This document shows, one piece after another, positions 13,367 through 26,330 of a stretch of DNA of 64,000 nucleotides. The stretch's first letter is position 1. Every line of letters begins with the position of its first letter. Origin of the DNA: Eledone cirrhosa (taxonomy: Eukaryota); the NCBI GenBank assembly GCA_964016885.1, contig OZ024741.1, positions 126,914,001-126,978,000 on the forward strand, given 5' to 3'. The notes below the pieces were generated by a model that worked only from the letters and a program-made list of their open reading frames with translations, was not told the origin of the DNA and ran no database searches. The position numbers were made by a program, and so were the translations under genes.

Positions 13367-13489
13367 CATGGAACTCATTTAACCATCTTTTGATCTTATA
13401 TATTATGTATACTCCAGTCCTACAAACTGTAGAGTGCTTCTTATCCGATATCTGCATTGCTTTATTGTACTACAATAAAACTCACCTCC

Positions 13490-13537
<48 letters not shown>

Positions 13538-13539
<2 letters not shown>

Positions 13540-13664
13540 CACTGATGAATTATAGGAGCCCACTTGAATATATATCTATTGATGGTATACAAGCTCCTAC
13601 ATAAATTGGTATAATTTCACCAAAATTGTAGGAATCCTGTAATGAAACGAGACGTCCGTCTGGG
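13538..13664 (+). ncRNA. Type I hammerhead with ~95-nt branched stem II
   Basis: ccca-CTGATGA-attatagga…tcctgtaat-GAAA-cgagacgtccg-TC-tggg. Predicted cleavage after 13660. Confidence 0.8.
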
Positions 13665-14237
13665 AACAGAGATATTAGATATGTCTCATATGAAATAATA
13701 CAGACAATTTTCCACGCAATACTTTTAGTTAGCACCCCGAACGCATAATTTAGGAATATAATCACTTATTTCCTAATGTTTGTTGAGTGAGTTGGAATTT
13801 GGCCGGAGTATCGCTAAAAAGCTTTCTCCGATATTGTATTTATTTATTTACTCTTGGTGCAACAGATTTGAAATTCCCGGTATAAGGTTAGGCTTTCTTT
13901 GTTTATTTTTTTATATATGAATATTGATTGTTCCTTATATCTCATTCTGTTATTTTGCCCGAGAAAATATCTGTGTGTCATCAAATGTTGTACACACATA
14001 GATATTTTTTCAATTTCCAATTGAGTTCTAGCACGTGGCCTGAATTCCTTTTAGAGTTCATTGTCATGCGCATGTATTATTTTTTTTGGCGGTAATTTAC
14101 TTCCTCATTTTTGAATCAGTTTGAGCATTTCTTTAGAACTGCTTGACTAGCAACCTGACAGATACCTCAGGTACAGATGATGATTATCGCTAAATACTGA
14201 TGTTGGTTAGATTATCAATATTACTATTATTGGAGCA

Positions 14238-14364
14238 CCCACTGATGAATTATAGGAGCCCACTTGAATATATATCTATTGATGGTATACAAGCTCCTAC
14301 ATAAATTGGTATAATTTCACCCAAATTGTAGGAATCCTATAATGAAACGAGACGTCCGTCTGGG
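14238..14364 (+). ncRNA. Type I hammerhead with ~95-nt branched stem II (second copy)
   Basis: ccca-CTGATGA-attatagga…tcctataat-GAAA-cgagacgtccg-TC-tggg. Predicted cleavage after 14360. Confidence 0.8.
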
Positions 14365-15419
14365 AAGAGATATATTCGATATGTCTCATATGAAATAATA
14401 CAGCCAATTTTCCACGCAATACTTTTAGTTAGCACCCCGAACGCATAATTAGGAATATAATCACTTATTTCCTAATGTTTATTGAGTGAGTTGGAATTTG
14501 GCCGAAGTATCGCTAAAAAGCTTTCTCCGATATTGTATTTATATATATATATATATATATATTCATTTATATATACACGCACTGTCTCGTTTTGAAAAGA
14601 TTTTTTTTTTTTTTAAAGATTTTTTTAAAAGTTACTTTTGAAAATTATTTCTTTGAAATTTTTTGGAAAAGTTCTTTAATTTTTTAATTTTTTAATTTTG
14701 GAGATTCTGGGCATCCTTTGGATTTTAGTTCTTAACTTTTGACATTTTTCTGAATTTTGAAGAAAATAATTTTTTCTTAGTTCCCCTCCAGAAAAGTATC
14801 TATGACAGACAGACTGAAAAAGACACACACAAAAACACACACAACAACCTCACACATACACACACGTGTTTATACATACATATACGCACACACTCACATG
14901 TGTGTACTGTTGTATATAATGACCCTCACACTCAGTCTCTATACATATATATATATATGTGTGTACACATACCATCCTACTACAGAATTCAGCTCTCACA
15001 ATCCCATTTCCCCTTTTGAACTATTGACCACCAGATTTACAATACATTCCTAGGATACTTTTCAAAACAACTTCCTCCCTTACAAAAAAAAAGTGTTGTT
15101 CTCACTTCCACCCAACCATTCAACCAGCAGGATGGAAGAAAAATTATTCAAAAATTCGATTTTGATTTTGATTTTGATTTTAATAATTTTAAACCTTTCA
15201 TTTTTTACTCCTATCCACTAATTTTTTACACTCTACGTTTGACAAGATGGATTTTAATACATCGAAACCGGTAATTTCTTCATATACTTTATATACTTCA
15301 TAAACATTTTTTTTTAATAACATTACCTTTTCAATAATGTCACTTTGACGAATCAAAAAAGGAAAACAGACCCTTAAATATATCTCCCGTGCTATTTCCA
15401 ACTTTATCTTCTCTCTCTC

Positions 15420-15453
<34 letters not shown>

Positions 15454-17542
15454 AAGATATTAGCCATAACTATCTTACTACCTTATTTTTAAGAAATTTG
15501 AATAAACAAGAGAACGGTAACACTAAACTATATTACAAATTAATGAAATGAAAAAACGTTACCGCTCTCATCTGCGTAGGCTTAGCTGGTTTTATATGAG
15601 GTTGTGTCTAAGAGGAGGTTTATTGGGTGTTTTAATGATGCCCCACCCGGCTTATTATGAAACGCAACGTAAGACAAAGCGTCTTGCTTAAGAATACAAT
15701 GCGACACCCGGTCCAGGAATCGAACACACGACTTTGTGCTTGTGACCCCAACACCCTAACCAGCATGCCAGACGTCTCCATAATGACTTTCGTCTTTCAC
15801 TTATGATAATTGACCAAGAATTCTTAGGATTCAACATACAACCGCATCCATTGACAGATCGCGATATAATATTTTATTGAGCTTTGGAATTGACGATGAG
15901 TATTCCAGTTGTTCGATCAAAGGAATATGCTGATCATAAAATTAACGGCACGTATACTCTTAACGTAGTTCTCAGGGAGACTTAACATGCCTCAATATGT
16001 GACAATGCTTGCTTTGTGAATTAAAGGTACAACTTTATGTTTTCCAGCTTAGTGGACTGGAGCAACGTAAAATAAAATATCTTGCCCAATCAAGCAATAC
16101 GTTGCTGGGAATCGAACTCACCACTTTACAATCCTTAGCAGAACACACGAACGTGTGAAAGGGGATTGATTTTTTATAAAAAAACTTTTGTGTTGATAAG
16201 AGTTACATATTTTAGTGTAATCAATACATATTTTTATCTGTAAAGTTAAGCTATTCTTTCGCAAATAAGCTATGACAAGCGTTAAGGATAACAATGGCAT
16301 TTCTGTTGATATCATCCAGTACTTTTCATAGAACAGCTGTTGACGTGCATATATATTCTGGTTGAAATTGTCAGCTCATTCTTATTCACAATTATCCACA
16401 TTAACTCTACTGGATTAATAATCAGAAAAGCTTTGATGATAGCTACGAATTCCAAATTGTTCTCTATGTAAATATTATTGCCAGCCATAAAAAGTTCGCT
16501 TCTTAAATTCCAATTCATCAATTACACTGTAGAAAATATGGACGGTATACAATCTGTAGAGTACAATATTCTACGTCACCCAATTTATGTACAATATATT
16601 ATTAGATAGCGGGTTGCTTAATGGCTAGAGTGTTGGGATAATAATCGTATGGTCGTGTGTTCGATTTCAGGACCAGGCAGTATGTTGTGTCCTTTAGCAA
16701 GAAGCTTATTTCAAGTTGCTACAGTAAAAACAGTTATAAGTCAAGTGTCACATAAGAACAATATAGAAGAAACCACGTAATACGACGACTGCCGCTTTAT
16801 GACGTCCGTCGCCCCCGTAATTTGTGCAGATTTGATTATTCTTATGCTAGGAGTGTTTGCGTATTGTTTTAAAGGGTGTGATTGGTTTTTAATTTATGTC
16901 TTGTGTGGTATTGAATCTGGAGGGTAAAGTTGAACGTAGATTTATGGATTGCATTTGCTTGAGTTCGTGCTGGTTTTGTGCAGATTTATTTGCAGTCAAG
17001 TTTAACTTGAAGTTAAGAGTATGGGTATCTGTAGAATTCTCAGTCACTTACACGTGTAGAGTGTTCTGTTGATCAAATAATTGAAGCACTCCTCGATTGA
17101 GCTGACGGAGGTCCAAATACATAGCGATTTGTATTTACCAACATTCAATTTTTTTTCCTTAATTAACTATTTTTAAAGTAGACTGTATAAACAAGCAATA
17201 CATGAATGATATGTCAGAGAAATCGAAATGAATCTATGTCCAGAGACAGAAATTAATGAATCAGTCATCTATACTTGTATTACTGCAGTAAAATAAATCG
17301 ATCACTTTCCTAGAGGAATGATTATGGGATAAAAATAAAATCAATTACAGTTTAAGAGATCATTTTGTGATATATAATTTTTGTTTTCATATTTCAACAA
17401 CTAACGAGGGACATTTTTAATGCAATAACAATAAACTGAATTGAATTTTTTAAATGCTGTTAAAATAAATATCTTCATTAATAGAAAATTTATTGGAAGT
17501 ACTTAGACAAACATTTTACAAAACCATCAACTGTAAGAATGT

Positions 17543-17582
<40 letters not shown>

Positions 17583-17591
<9 letters not shown>

Positions 17592-18518
17592 ATAAACGTG
17601 CTGCGTGGTTGCAAATGGGTTACATATGAATAAAGTGGTCCTCATCAGTGATCTTCCAACCATCACAGGTATTTCTTCGCTTTAAAGAACATATACCTCC
17701 GGTTGATGCGAGCAACGGCTAAAAAAAGTCGTTGGGACACGTAAATAAAGGGGACAGCGAGAGTGTGAACAAACAAAGATGGTGAAGCAACGAAAAGTGA
17801 GGAAGAACGAGTCAAGTCCCAAATTTCCATGAATATAAGTTCGGTGAAATCGTGAACGAGAGAGAATAAAGACCATCAAACCTGGTTGGAATGTGAGCAA
17901 GGAAGGAATTCCGTACAGGTCTAACGGGAGGAAGAAGGGGTCTAGTCTGTGAATTCGGTGAACATAAGTTCTGTGAAATCGTAGACGAGAGAGAGAAAAA
18001 AGGCGAACCAGCCTGACCAAGCGTGCGAAAGAAAAGAATTACGCACAGCTCAAACTGGAAGAAGGAGGAGGAGGAGAGGTAGTAACAGAGAGTGAGTGAG
18101 TGAAGGGTGAGGAAGAGGCTAACAGAGAGAGTGACTGTTAGAGAGGGTAAAGATACAGAGAAAGAGGAAGCAGTAAGAACGAAATAGACGGGTCACAGCT
18201 GGGGAAAAAATATGTGTAAATATGAGAATAAACGTGCTGCGTAGTTGCAAATGGGTTACATATGAATAAAGTGGTCCTCATCAGTGATCTTCCAACCATC
18301 ACAGGTATTTCTTCGCTTTAAAGACCATATACCCCCGGTTGGTGCAAGCAACCGCTAAAAAAAGTCGTTGGGACACGTAAATAAAGGGGACAGCGAGAGT
18401 GTAAACAAACAAAGATGGTGAAGCAACGAAAAGTGAGGAAGAACGAGTCAAGTCCCAAGTTTCCATGAATATAAGTTCGGTGAAATCGTGAACGAGAGAG
18501 AATAAAGACCATCAAACC

Positions 18519-18520
<2 letters not shown>
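17583..18520 (-). mobile_element. Tandem non-coding element (636-nt unit) carrying the permuted HHR motif
   Basis: CTGATGA (minus strand) at 17642 and 18278. Homologous to 7732-8512, with (TA)n flanks. Confidence 0.75.
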
Positions 18521-18576
<56 letters not shown>

Positions 18577-18580
<4 letters not shown>

Positions 18581-18830
18581 AAGGTTAAACAAGGTTCAAT
18601 GAATAAATCAAAGAATGACTTTTACAATAGATTGGAAGCACTCAACAGTTATGACTACCATGACTGAATCTTAACCATCTACTATGTCAGAGTATGTCAT
18701 GCATCATCATATTTTATCTGATGAGGACGTGCTGTTGAAGATAGCTCAGTACCTCTGAAATATGTATAATAAAATATACTTGATCACACGAATGTCTATT
18801 TTTGTTAATATTTTGAATTGAATTAATATA
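18577..18830 (+). mobile_element. Second copy of the 1319-1709 pLTR-like element with a different inverted 5' arm
   Basis: 18577-18647 is the reverse complement of about 1639-1709. 18655-18820 matches about 1447-1610. Confidence 0.75.
18710..18776 (+). ncRNA. Minimal type I hammerhead ribozyme
   Basis: tattttat-CTGATGA-ggac gtgctg..cagtac ctct-GAAA-tatgta-TA-ataaaata. The A>G change relative to the 1502 copy keeps a GU pair in stem II. Confidence 0.8.
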
Positions 18831-18929
18831 TATATATCTTTTACCTGTTCCAGCCAACCGACTGCGGCCATGCTGGGGCTGGACTTATACCATTATTTTA
18901 ACACCAATTATTATCTATATATATAAAGG

Positions 18930-19113
18930 GCGGTGGATTGGCAGTATCGGTAGAGCGTCGGCGCCATGCTTTCCAGCATAGTTACGTCCCTTTACGATCT
19001 GAGTTCAAATCCCGCCGAGGTTGACTTTGCCTTTCATCCTTATGGGGTCGATAAAATAAAGTACCAGTAATGCACTGGGTAATTGCTGGCCTTGTGCCTA
19101 ATGTAGAAACAAT
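18930..19113 (+). mobile_element. SINE (octopus-type family)
   Basis: tggcagtatcggtagagcg (A-box-like) … gagttcaaatcc (B-box) … gcctttcatcct..gggtcgataaaataaagtaccag. Confidence 0.8.
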
Positions 19114-19115
19114 TA

Positions 19116-19733
19116 TCTATATATATATAAAACTAAGGATGTCTGTCTGTGTGTGTGTCTCTGAGTTTGAATCCCTAAAACTCAAGAAGTACCCAACTGA
19201 TTATTTTCAAACTTTACATGTGTATTACTTATGTTTTAGGGAGTATTATGCACATAAAAAAATCAAACTTTTTGATCCCCTAAGGCCCGCATTAGGTGAA
19301 AAACTGCGGTTTTTTTCAGCTTTGGGTATTTTTTTAGGCGTTACGTCAGACCGATTTCCTTTAAATTGTAACTATGTATTAGTCAGTCTCTTCTTCATAC
19401 TGTGAGCAAAGAAAATCCAACTTTTTTATGGCCTAGGGCCCGCATTAGGTGAAAAACTTCATGAGGCGTTACGTATAGCCGATTTTCCCGAAATTTTAAG
19501 GCATATTATGCACATAAAAAAATTCATTTTCTTAATCCCCTAGGGAAAACAGGTGAAAACCTGCATTTTTCCTGCTTCATTGAGGAAAATCTTAAAGATT
19601 ATCCAGCCATCAGAGTATTCGGTTTATTTTCTTTACATATTGTCCAGGCATGCAGTTTTTCCACGATTAGGTCTGTTGGCGCCCCGCGTTCCAAAAATAC
19701 CTTATCCCGTGCAACGCCGGGTACCACTGCTAG
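19116..19733 (+). mobile_element. Non-autonomous Helitron
   Basis: A|TC 5' end, 3' GC hairpin cccgtgcaacgccggg (19706-19721) followed 8 nt later by CTAG|T, and no TSD. Partial 5' homolog at about 31860-32050. Confidence 0.75.
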
Positions 19734-19874
19734 TATTTTATATGACGAAAGCGTACTTAAATATTAGTACCCTTGAAATACGCATAATAAAATAAATATG
19801 GTTTTATAAAGATATTTTCCATTTATTAATATATATATATATGTGTGTGTGGGGGGGGGGTGTAATATATAACC

Positions 19875-20580
19875 TCCAACAATGCATGAACACCATTATC
19901 AATAACCAAAGAACAGCTAAAGAGAAGTGGGCCACTGAGAAAATCAAACTCAACCCCAAAGTGTTCTTTTCATTTGCGAAAAGACACAAGTTCACCATCT
20001 CCACTGTTGGCCCTCTTGTTGATGAAAATGGCACACTCCACGATAATGCCAAAACCATGGGCGAGATACTGCAAAAACAATACTGCTCTGTTTTCAGCAA
20101 TTCTGATATGGCCGATCTGGGACTCAACCTTTATTCTCTCCAACGTCGCCGTGAGCGCTACATTATCTGCATGATATGGAAAATATTCCATCAGCTTTGC
20201 CCAAATGATGTTGGCATCACCTTTAAGGTACACCTAAGGCCTTAGCTATGCGCCCACGACAGAAATCTCACTCGCATCTCATAACAACAATAAGGTACAA
20301 TTATTTCCCTTCAATTCGCCCCGCTCTCTTTAACATTACACCAAAACACATTAAAACAGAAACAGACCTCATAAAGTACAAGAAGTCTTTGGACAAGTTC
20401 CTTCAAAAAATCCCGGATAAACCTCCTACATCCGGATATGCCTCCGTAAACAATAACTCTCTACTTGAGAGGGCCATGGTGCCCAAATCCTGATTTGAAA
20501 GACTTCGCTAGGTGGTGCTATTAAGTTAGACATGGCCTGGGCCAATACTGGCCCAAACCTATCAAAGTTATCAAAGTTAT
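19875..20580 (+). mobile_element. Internally deleted CR1/Jockey-group LINE relic
   Basis: IKLNPKVFFSFAK..VGPLVDENG..GEILQKQYCSVFS (pre-RT) joined directly to LNLYSLQRRRERY (post-RT). 3' tail tatcaaagt repeated twice. Confidence 0.7.
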
Positions 20581-20639
20581 ATATATATATAAAATATATA
20601 AAATAAAAAACAATCAAATCTTAGTTTAATACATTTAAT

Positions 20640-20685
20640 TGCTGACAATTTTTCTTCCAGACGAATGTCTGGTATCATCGGAGCA
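20640..20685 (-). ncRNA. Degenerate minimal type I hammerhead
   Basis: tgct-CCGATGA-taccagac attc gtctggaa-GAAA-aattg-TC-agca. Confidence 0.55.
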
Positions 20686-21084
20686 TACACAATGTTTAAA
20701 CGGATAATTATAATCCTATTCTTCAGAACATTGATAAAGATACAAAACTATTGACAGTATCATTGATATCATATAAAAAATCAGGAGTTACAAAAAGGTG
20801 TTGTGTTACAGATATCACAATATAAGGAGCAATGGTGAAAAGTGAAATATTGAGCATATCATATATAAAGATATTCTTTAAGGTAATACATGTGCAAAAG
20901 ATACCAAGCAAATATATATATATATATAAAGTATTAAAGTATGTTTAGAAAGCAGCGAGTGGGGTTTAAAATTGAATTAGAAGCTTTCTCTGCATCTTTA
21001 ACAACAGAAAATTCTTTTAGTGTATTACATAGATAAGTATTTTCTTTAGTACAACAAAATTTCCGAGATAATATGAAAATAAAT

Positions 21085-21182
21085 AATTGTTTCTACTTTA
21101 GGCACAAGGCCAGCAATTACCCAGTGCATTACTGGTACTTTATTTTATCGACCCCGTAAGGATGAAAGGCAAAGTCAACCTA
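21085..21182 (-). mobile_element. SINE fragment
   Basis: Same family motif as 4459-4640. Confidence 0.7.
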
Positions 21183-21489
21183 TAAATAATATGTAGCTGT
21201 TATGTTCTTACTTTTAGATATATGATAACATATATAGCATTATATTAACTTTAACCTCCTGTTATATTAAAAACTAGCAAAAACACCGCTTATCGGCCCG
21301 TTTTCTGCTAGTATAATTATATGTACATGCGTGTGTTTCGTGATACATCTGTCTGCGTGTACAAATGTATGGAAATAGAAAATTACATTTTTAACATGCA
21401 AATAATACAGACTTGTACCAATATCTTTCATAGTGCGGCGTATTTAATTTATTACAACATTTGGACGCTGCATTGTAGAATGTTTAGGT

Positions 21490-21640
21490 GCAAATTGGCT
21501 GAATGCTTAGAACGTCGGGTAGAATGTTTAGCGGTATTCGTTTCTGCTCTCTAAGTTCAAACCCTGCCGGGGTCAACTTTGTTTTTCCTCCATTCAAGAT
21601 CGATAAGAAAGTACCAGTTTAGTGCTGGGGTCGATTCTTC
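21490..21640 (+). mobile_element. Diverged SINE
   Basis: gttcaaaccctgccggggtcaactttg..gatcgataagaaagtaccagt..gctggggtcgat. Confidence 0.6.
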
Positions 21641-22603
21641 CTCTAAATTTCTTTCTCACTCGCTCTCCTTCTCTGGAAGAAATGTGCCTTGAGAGAAGAT
21701 GAGCTCTGCCAGGTTTTAAAAAAAAAAGCTAGAAACACCATATGTCAATACGGCGCCCCTACAATTCCTTCAGGAATTACAGGTCCATACATATGCATAA
21801 GCAACTTCCTAACCATTCTCCATACAACATATATTGGAGAATGGTTAGGAAGTTCGCTTCGCAATCATTATGCCCCAGAGTCTATCCTGCTACGTGGCAT
21901 CTTGAACAATTTTCCTTTACAACAACTCTAGTTTTCACTCTTGTGATTCCAATAGGCATTTTACTGGCTTTCCCAAAACAATCTTAACTATATACCTCAG
22001 AATGATTCATATAAACTATACTGCCTTGCTAAATATTGATTGCTTTTTTTCCTGTTTATTTCTTTGTTGTTTTCATTTGACACAAATATTTCTGAGGAGG
22101 ACTATAATGTTCTTACCATCTATCACAATGGATGCTTCTGTGGGATGCTGAAAAATGAACTTTATCAAAAGTATTATCAAATTCATATGCAGCCTTTCCT
22201 ATGTGGACACATAAAAGACGTTTGAGAATACCATAGATAAAACACAAACCAGGGACCTTATCAAAAATGTTATCAAATGTATTAGAAGCCTTGCAGATTT
22301 GGTTATATTGAAGACGTTTGAGAATATCAATGACAGAAGACGAAACTAATAATCATACACTAAAAATTGTAAAAATTGTAAAATTTCAGAAGATAATATC
22401 AGAGACCATAAAAGAGACAATACTGAGATATTTTAGACATTTAATTAGAAAATAAGATTTAACAGAAAGCAAAAGAAAAGTGTGGGTGGATAACATTAGG
22501 AAATAAACAGCTTTAAATTACAAGGTATATATAAAAACTGAGAGGGTAATCCATGGTACTCAACATACATACAGAGAGCAGACGATACCAGATTATGATG
22601 ATG

Positions 22604-23723
22604 ATGAAGTTATTAATATAACGTAACACTCTGTATGTGACTATATATTTTACAGCACATTTATGAAGTTATTAATATAACGTAACACTCTGTATGTGAC
22701 TATATATTTTACAGCACATTTATGAAGTTATTAATATAACGTAACACTCTGTATGTGACTATATATTTTACAGCACATTTATGAAGTTATTAATATAACG
22801 TAACACTCTGTATGTGACTATATATTTTACAGCACATTTATGAAGTTATTAATATAACGTAACACTCTGTATGTGACTATATATTTTACAGCACATTTAT
22901 GAAGTTATTAATATAACGTAACACTCTGTATGTGACTATATATTTTACAGCACATTTATGAAGTTATTAATATAACGTAACACTGTATGTGACTATATAT
23001 TTTACAGCACATTTATGAAGTTATTAATATAACGTAACACTCTGTATGTGACTATATATTTTACAGCACATTTATGAAGTTATTAATATAACGTAACACT
23101 CTGTATGTGACTATATATTTTACAGCACATTTATGAAGTTATTAATATAACGTAACACTGTATGTGACTATATATTTTACAGCACATTTATGAAGTTATT
23201 AATATAACGTAACACTCTGTATGTGACTATATATTTTACAGCACATTTATGAAGTTATTAATATAACGTAACACTCTGTATGTGACTATATATTTTACAG
23301 CACATTTATGAAGTTATTAATATAACGTAACACTCTGTATGTGACTATATATTTTACAGCACATTTATGAAGTTATTAATATAACGTAACACTCTGTATG
23401 TGACTATATATTTTACAGCACATTTATGAAGTTATTAATATAACGTAACACTCTGTATGTGACTATATATTTTACAGCACATTTATGAAGTTATTAATAT
23501 AACGTAACACTCTGTATGTGACTATATATTTTACAGCACATTTATGAAGTTATTAATATAACGTAACACTCTGTATGTGACTATATATTTTACAGCACAT
23601 TTATGAAGTTATTAATATAACGTAACACTCTGTATGTGACTATATATTTTACAGCACATTTATGAAGTTATTAATATAACGTAACACTCTGTATGTGACT
23701 ATATATTTTACGGCACATTTATG
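22604..23723. repeat. 59-bp minisatellite, ~19 near-identical copies
   Basis: Unit atgaagttattaatataacgtaacactctgtatgtgactatatattttacagcacattt. Two units carry a 2-bp (ct) deletion. Confidence 0.97.
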
Positions 23724-23794
23724 CAAACTTCGTCAATCCTTTGAATTACTGATACTATGGATGATGCATTTTGAATCTGTATTAATGAAACTGT

Positions 23795-24304
<510 letters not shown>

Positions 24305-24404
24305 ACAGGGGCTCATTCTACTGACATGGCTTTAAAAATGAGGCTTGTTTGCATAATTGCAAACGAATCGAATGTTATTATTGGGGATTGACAGTATCGG
24401 TAAG

Positions 24405-24575
24405 GGCGGGGGATTGGCAGTATCGGTAGAGGGTTGTACACCATGGTTTGCAGCATAGAGTTACGGCCCTTTGCAGTCTGATTTCAAATCCCGCCGATGT
24501 TAACTTACTAAATAAAGTACCAGTAATTCGCTGGGATAATTGCTGGCCTTGTGCCAAAAGTAGAAACAATTATTA
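24405..24575 (+). mobile_element. SINE (octopus-type family)
   Basis: gattggcagtatcggtagaggg..ttcaaatcccgccga..aataaagtaccag..gctggccttgtgcc. Confidence 0.7.
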
Positions 24576-24594
24576 ATATTCGAAAAACTCAGAT

Positions 24595-24634
<40 letters not shown>

Positions 24635-24642
<8 letters not shown>

Positions 24643-25310
24643 GAGAAGAATACTGCGTGGTTGCACATGGGTTACATGTGATAAAATTAGTCCCTCGTCA
24701 GTGATTTGCCAACCATCATTGATATTTCATCGCATTAAAAATCATATACCTCAGGTTGGTGCGAGCAATAACTAAAAAAAGCTATTGGGACAAGTAAATC
24801 GCGTAAAGCGAGTGAGACAAGTAAACAACATAGAAGGATAAAAGCAAACCGAAGATAGGAAAATAAACAAGCAACATGGTTATCCGGTCAGCATAAGCTG
24901 GGTGGATTTCATGAGCGATCAAGATACAGACAGTCCGAGGTGAGTGAGATGTGAGCAAGAAAAGACCCCACTACTAGCCAAACGGGGGGGAAGTGAGAAG
25001 GGGAGAAACAGAGAGTGAGTGAGTGGAAGTGCGAGAAAGAGGTCAGTCGAGAGAAAGTGTAACAGAGGGGGCGAAAGAAGGTGAGAGAAATAGAGAGAAC
25101 GGGGAAGCAGTAAGAGAGAAACAGACAAACGCAGCCGAGGTAAATATGTATAAAAAACATGAGAAGAAAGAAGAATACTGCGTGGTTGCACATGGGTTAC
25201 ATATGATAAAATTAGTCCCTCGTCAGTGATTTGCCAACCATCATTGGTATTTCATCGCATTAAAAATCATATACCTCAGCATGGTGCGAGCAATAACTAA
25301 AAAAAGCTAA
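24635..25310 (-). mobile_element. Tandem non-coding element (525-nt unit) carrying the permuted HHR motif
   Basis: CTGACGA (minus strand) at 24695 and 25220. Sister of 9017-9620, with (TA)n flanks. Confidence 0.75.
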
Positions 25311-25323
25311 TATATATATATAC

Positions 25324-26034
25324 TGCTGGAAGGATTCTTCTGGGTCATCTCCCTCATTATGGCCTTCTTGGACACCTCCACGCCTTCAAAACGGGTCTCC
25401 TTGATGATCCCCTTGAGGAAAAATCACACAGAACAAAGTCAGGTGAATAAGGACGTTATTCCAGTACGGCGATGTTCTACTCGGCCAGGAACTTCGGGAT
25501 GCTCAGGGGGTGGTGAACTGGCGATCTTCCGCATGCCCAAATCTTTGGTGATAATATTCCAAACACTGTTGCGGTTCAGTCAAACAGTCAGTCGATGATC
25601 GTCATGCACCACCTGCCTCATGCGCTCAACGTCGGCCTCAATCCTGCTCGTTGAAAGCATTCCGCTCCTCAGGTCATCTTCCACGTTCTCGCGTCTCTTT
25701 AAACATGTTGTGCCATTCGGAAATCCGTGAACGCGACATCGTCTCGTCTCCTTACATTTAATGCACTATTCCGAGTGCTTCTGACGCACTTTTCCCCAGC
25801 CGGACCAGAAACTTCAGGCTGGTTTGTTGCTTTGAGCCCATCACTCGACGGCCTAAAATTGAGTAGCTGTTAATAAAAGCACACCAAAAAATATACAATG
25901 GCTGCAGAGAGCGAAGATCGCATTTATATACTTCTCTGATATTATGTCACATTGGGACGCAACCCGCTAATCCCTACCCCACTTATAACTCACACAGCAC
26001 ACTAAATCCTGTTACTTTTCAGACACACTTCGTG
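25324..26034 (-). mobile_element. Mariner-like transposon relic (internally deleted)
   Basis: Terminal cgaagtgtgtctgaaaagta (minus strand). Homologous to 32590-33330, with an IITKDLGMRK remnant. Confidence 0.7.
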
Positions 26035-26204
26035 TATGTACACACACACACACACGCACACACACACACACACACAGAGACACACACAGAGACACACACT
26101 CAGACAAGTTGTGTCGCCATGTGTCGTAATATCAGGGAAGTATATAATTGTGATCTTAGCTCTACATACACGATGTTTACGTCTACGAAATTCCACTTAA
26201 CTTA

Positions 26205-26330
26205 AGGCACTAGTCTACAAGAAGCTATTGTATAAGATACTTGCCCCAAGGTGCCATACAATGAGATTGAAACCGAAACCGCGGGGCTGCCAAGCGAACA
26301 CCTTAACCACACAGCCATCATACCTGCGTC
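26205..26330 (-). mobile_element. tRNA-derived SINE fragment (second family)
   Basis: Minus strand: tggctgtgtggttaag..ggtttcaatctc..ggcaccttggggcaagt. Confidence 0.55.

Larger units (their letters stand above)
13065..13402. repeat. Near-perfect ~170-bp-arm palindrome with an HHR in each arm
   Basis: Centre tcatga at 13231-13236 with no spacer. HHR on + at 13297-13366 and on - at 13100-13170. Confidence 0.9.
13537..14541 (+). mobile_element. Retrozyme-like tandem element, 700-nt unit bounded by two HHRs
   Basis: 13538-13845 repeats at 14238-14541. CTGATGA at 13542 and 14242. (TA)n flanks and no meaningful ORF. Confidence 0.8.

Noticed and set aside
18930-19030. tRNA gene
   Set aside because: The A/B-box-like head belongs to a SINE and there is no cloverleaf.
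22604-23723. Possible CRISPR array
   Set aside because: Units are contiguous and identical with no unique spacers. No cas genes, and the context is eukaryotic.
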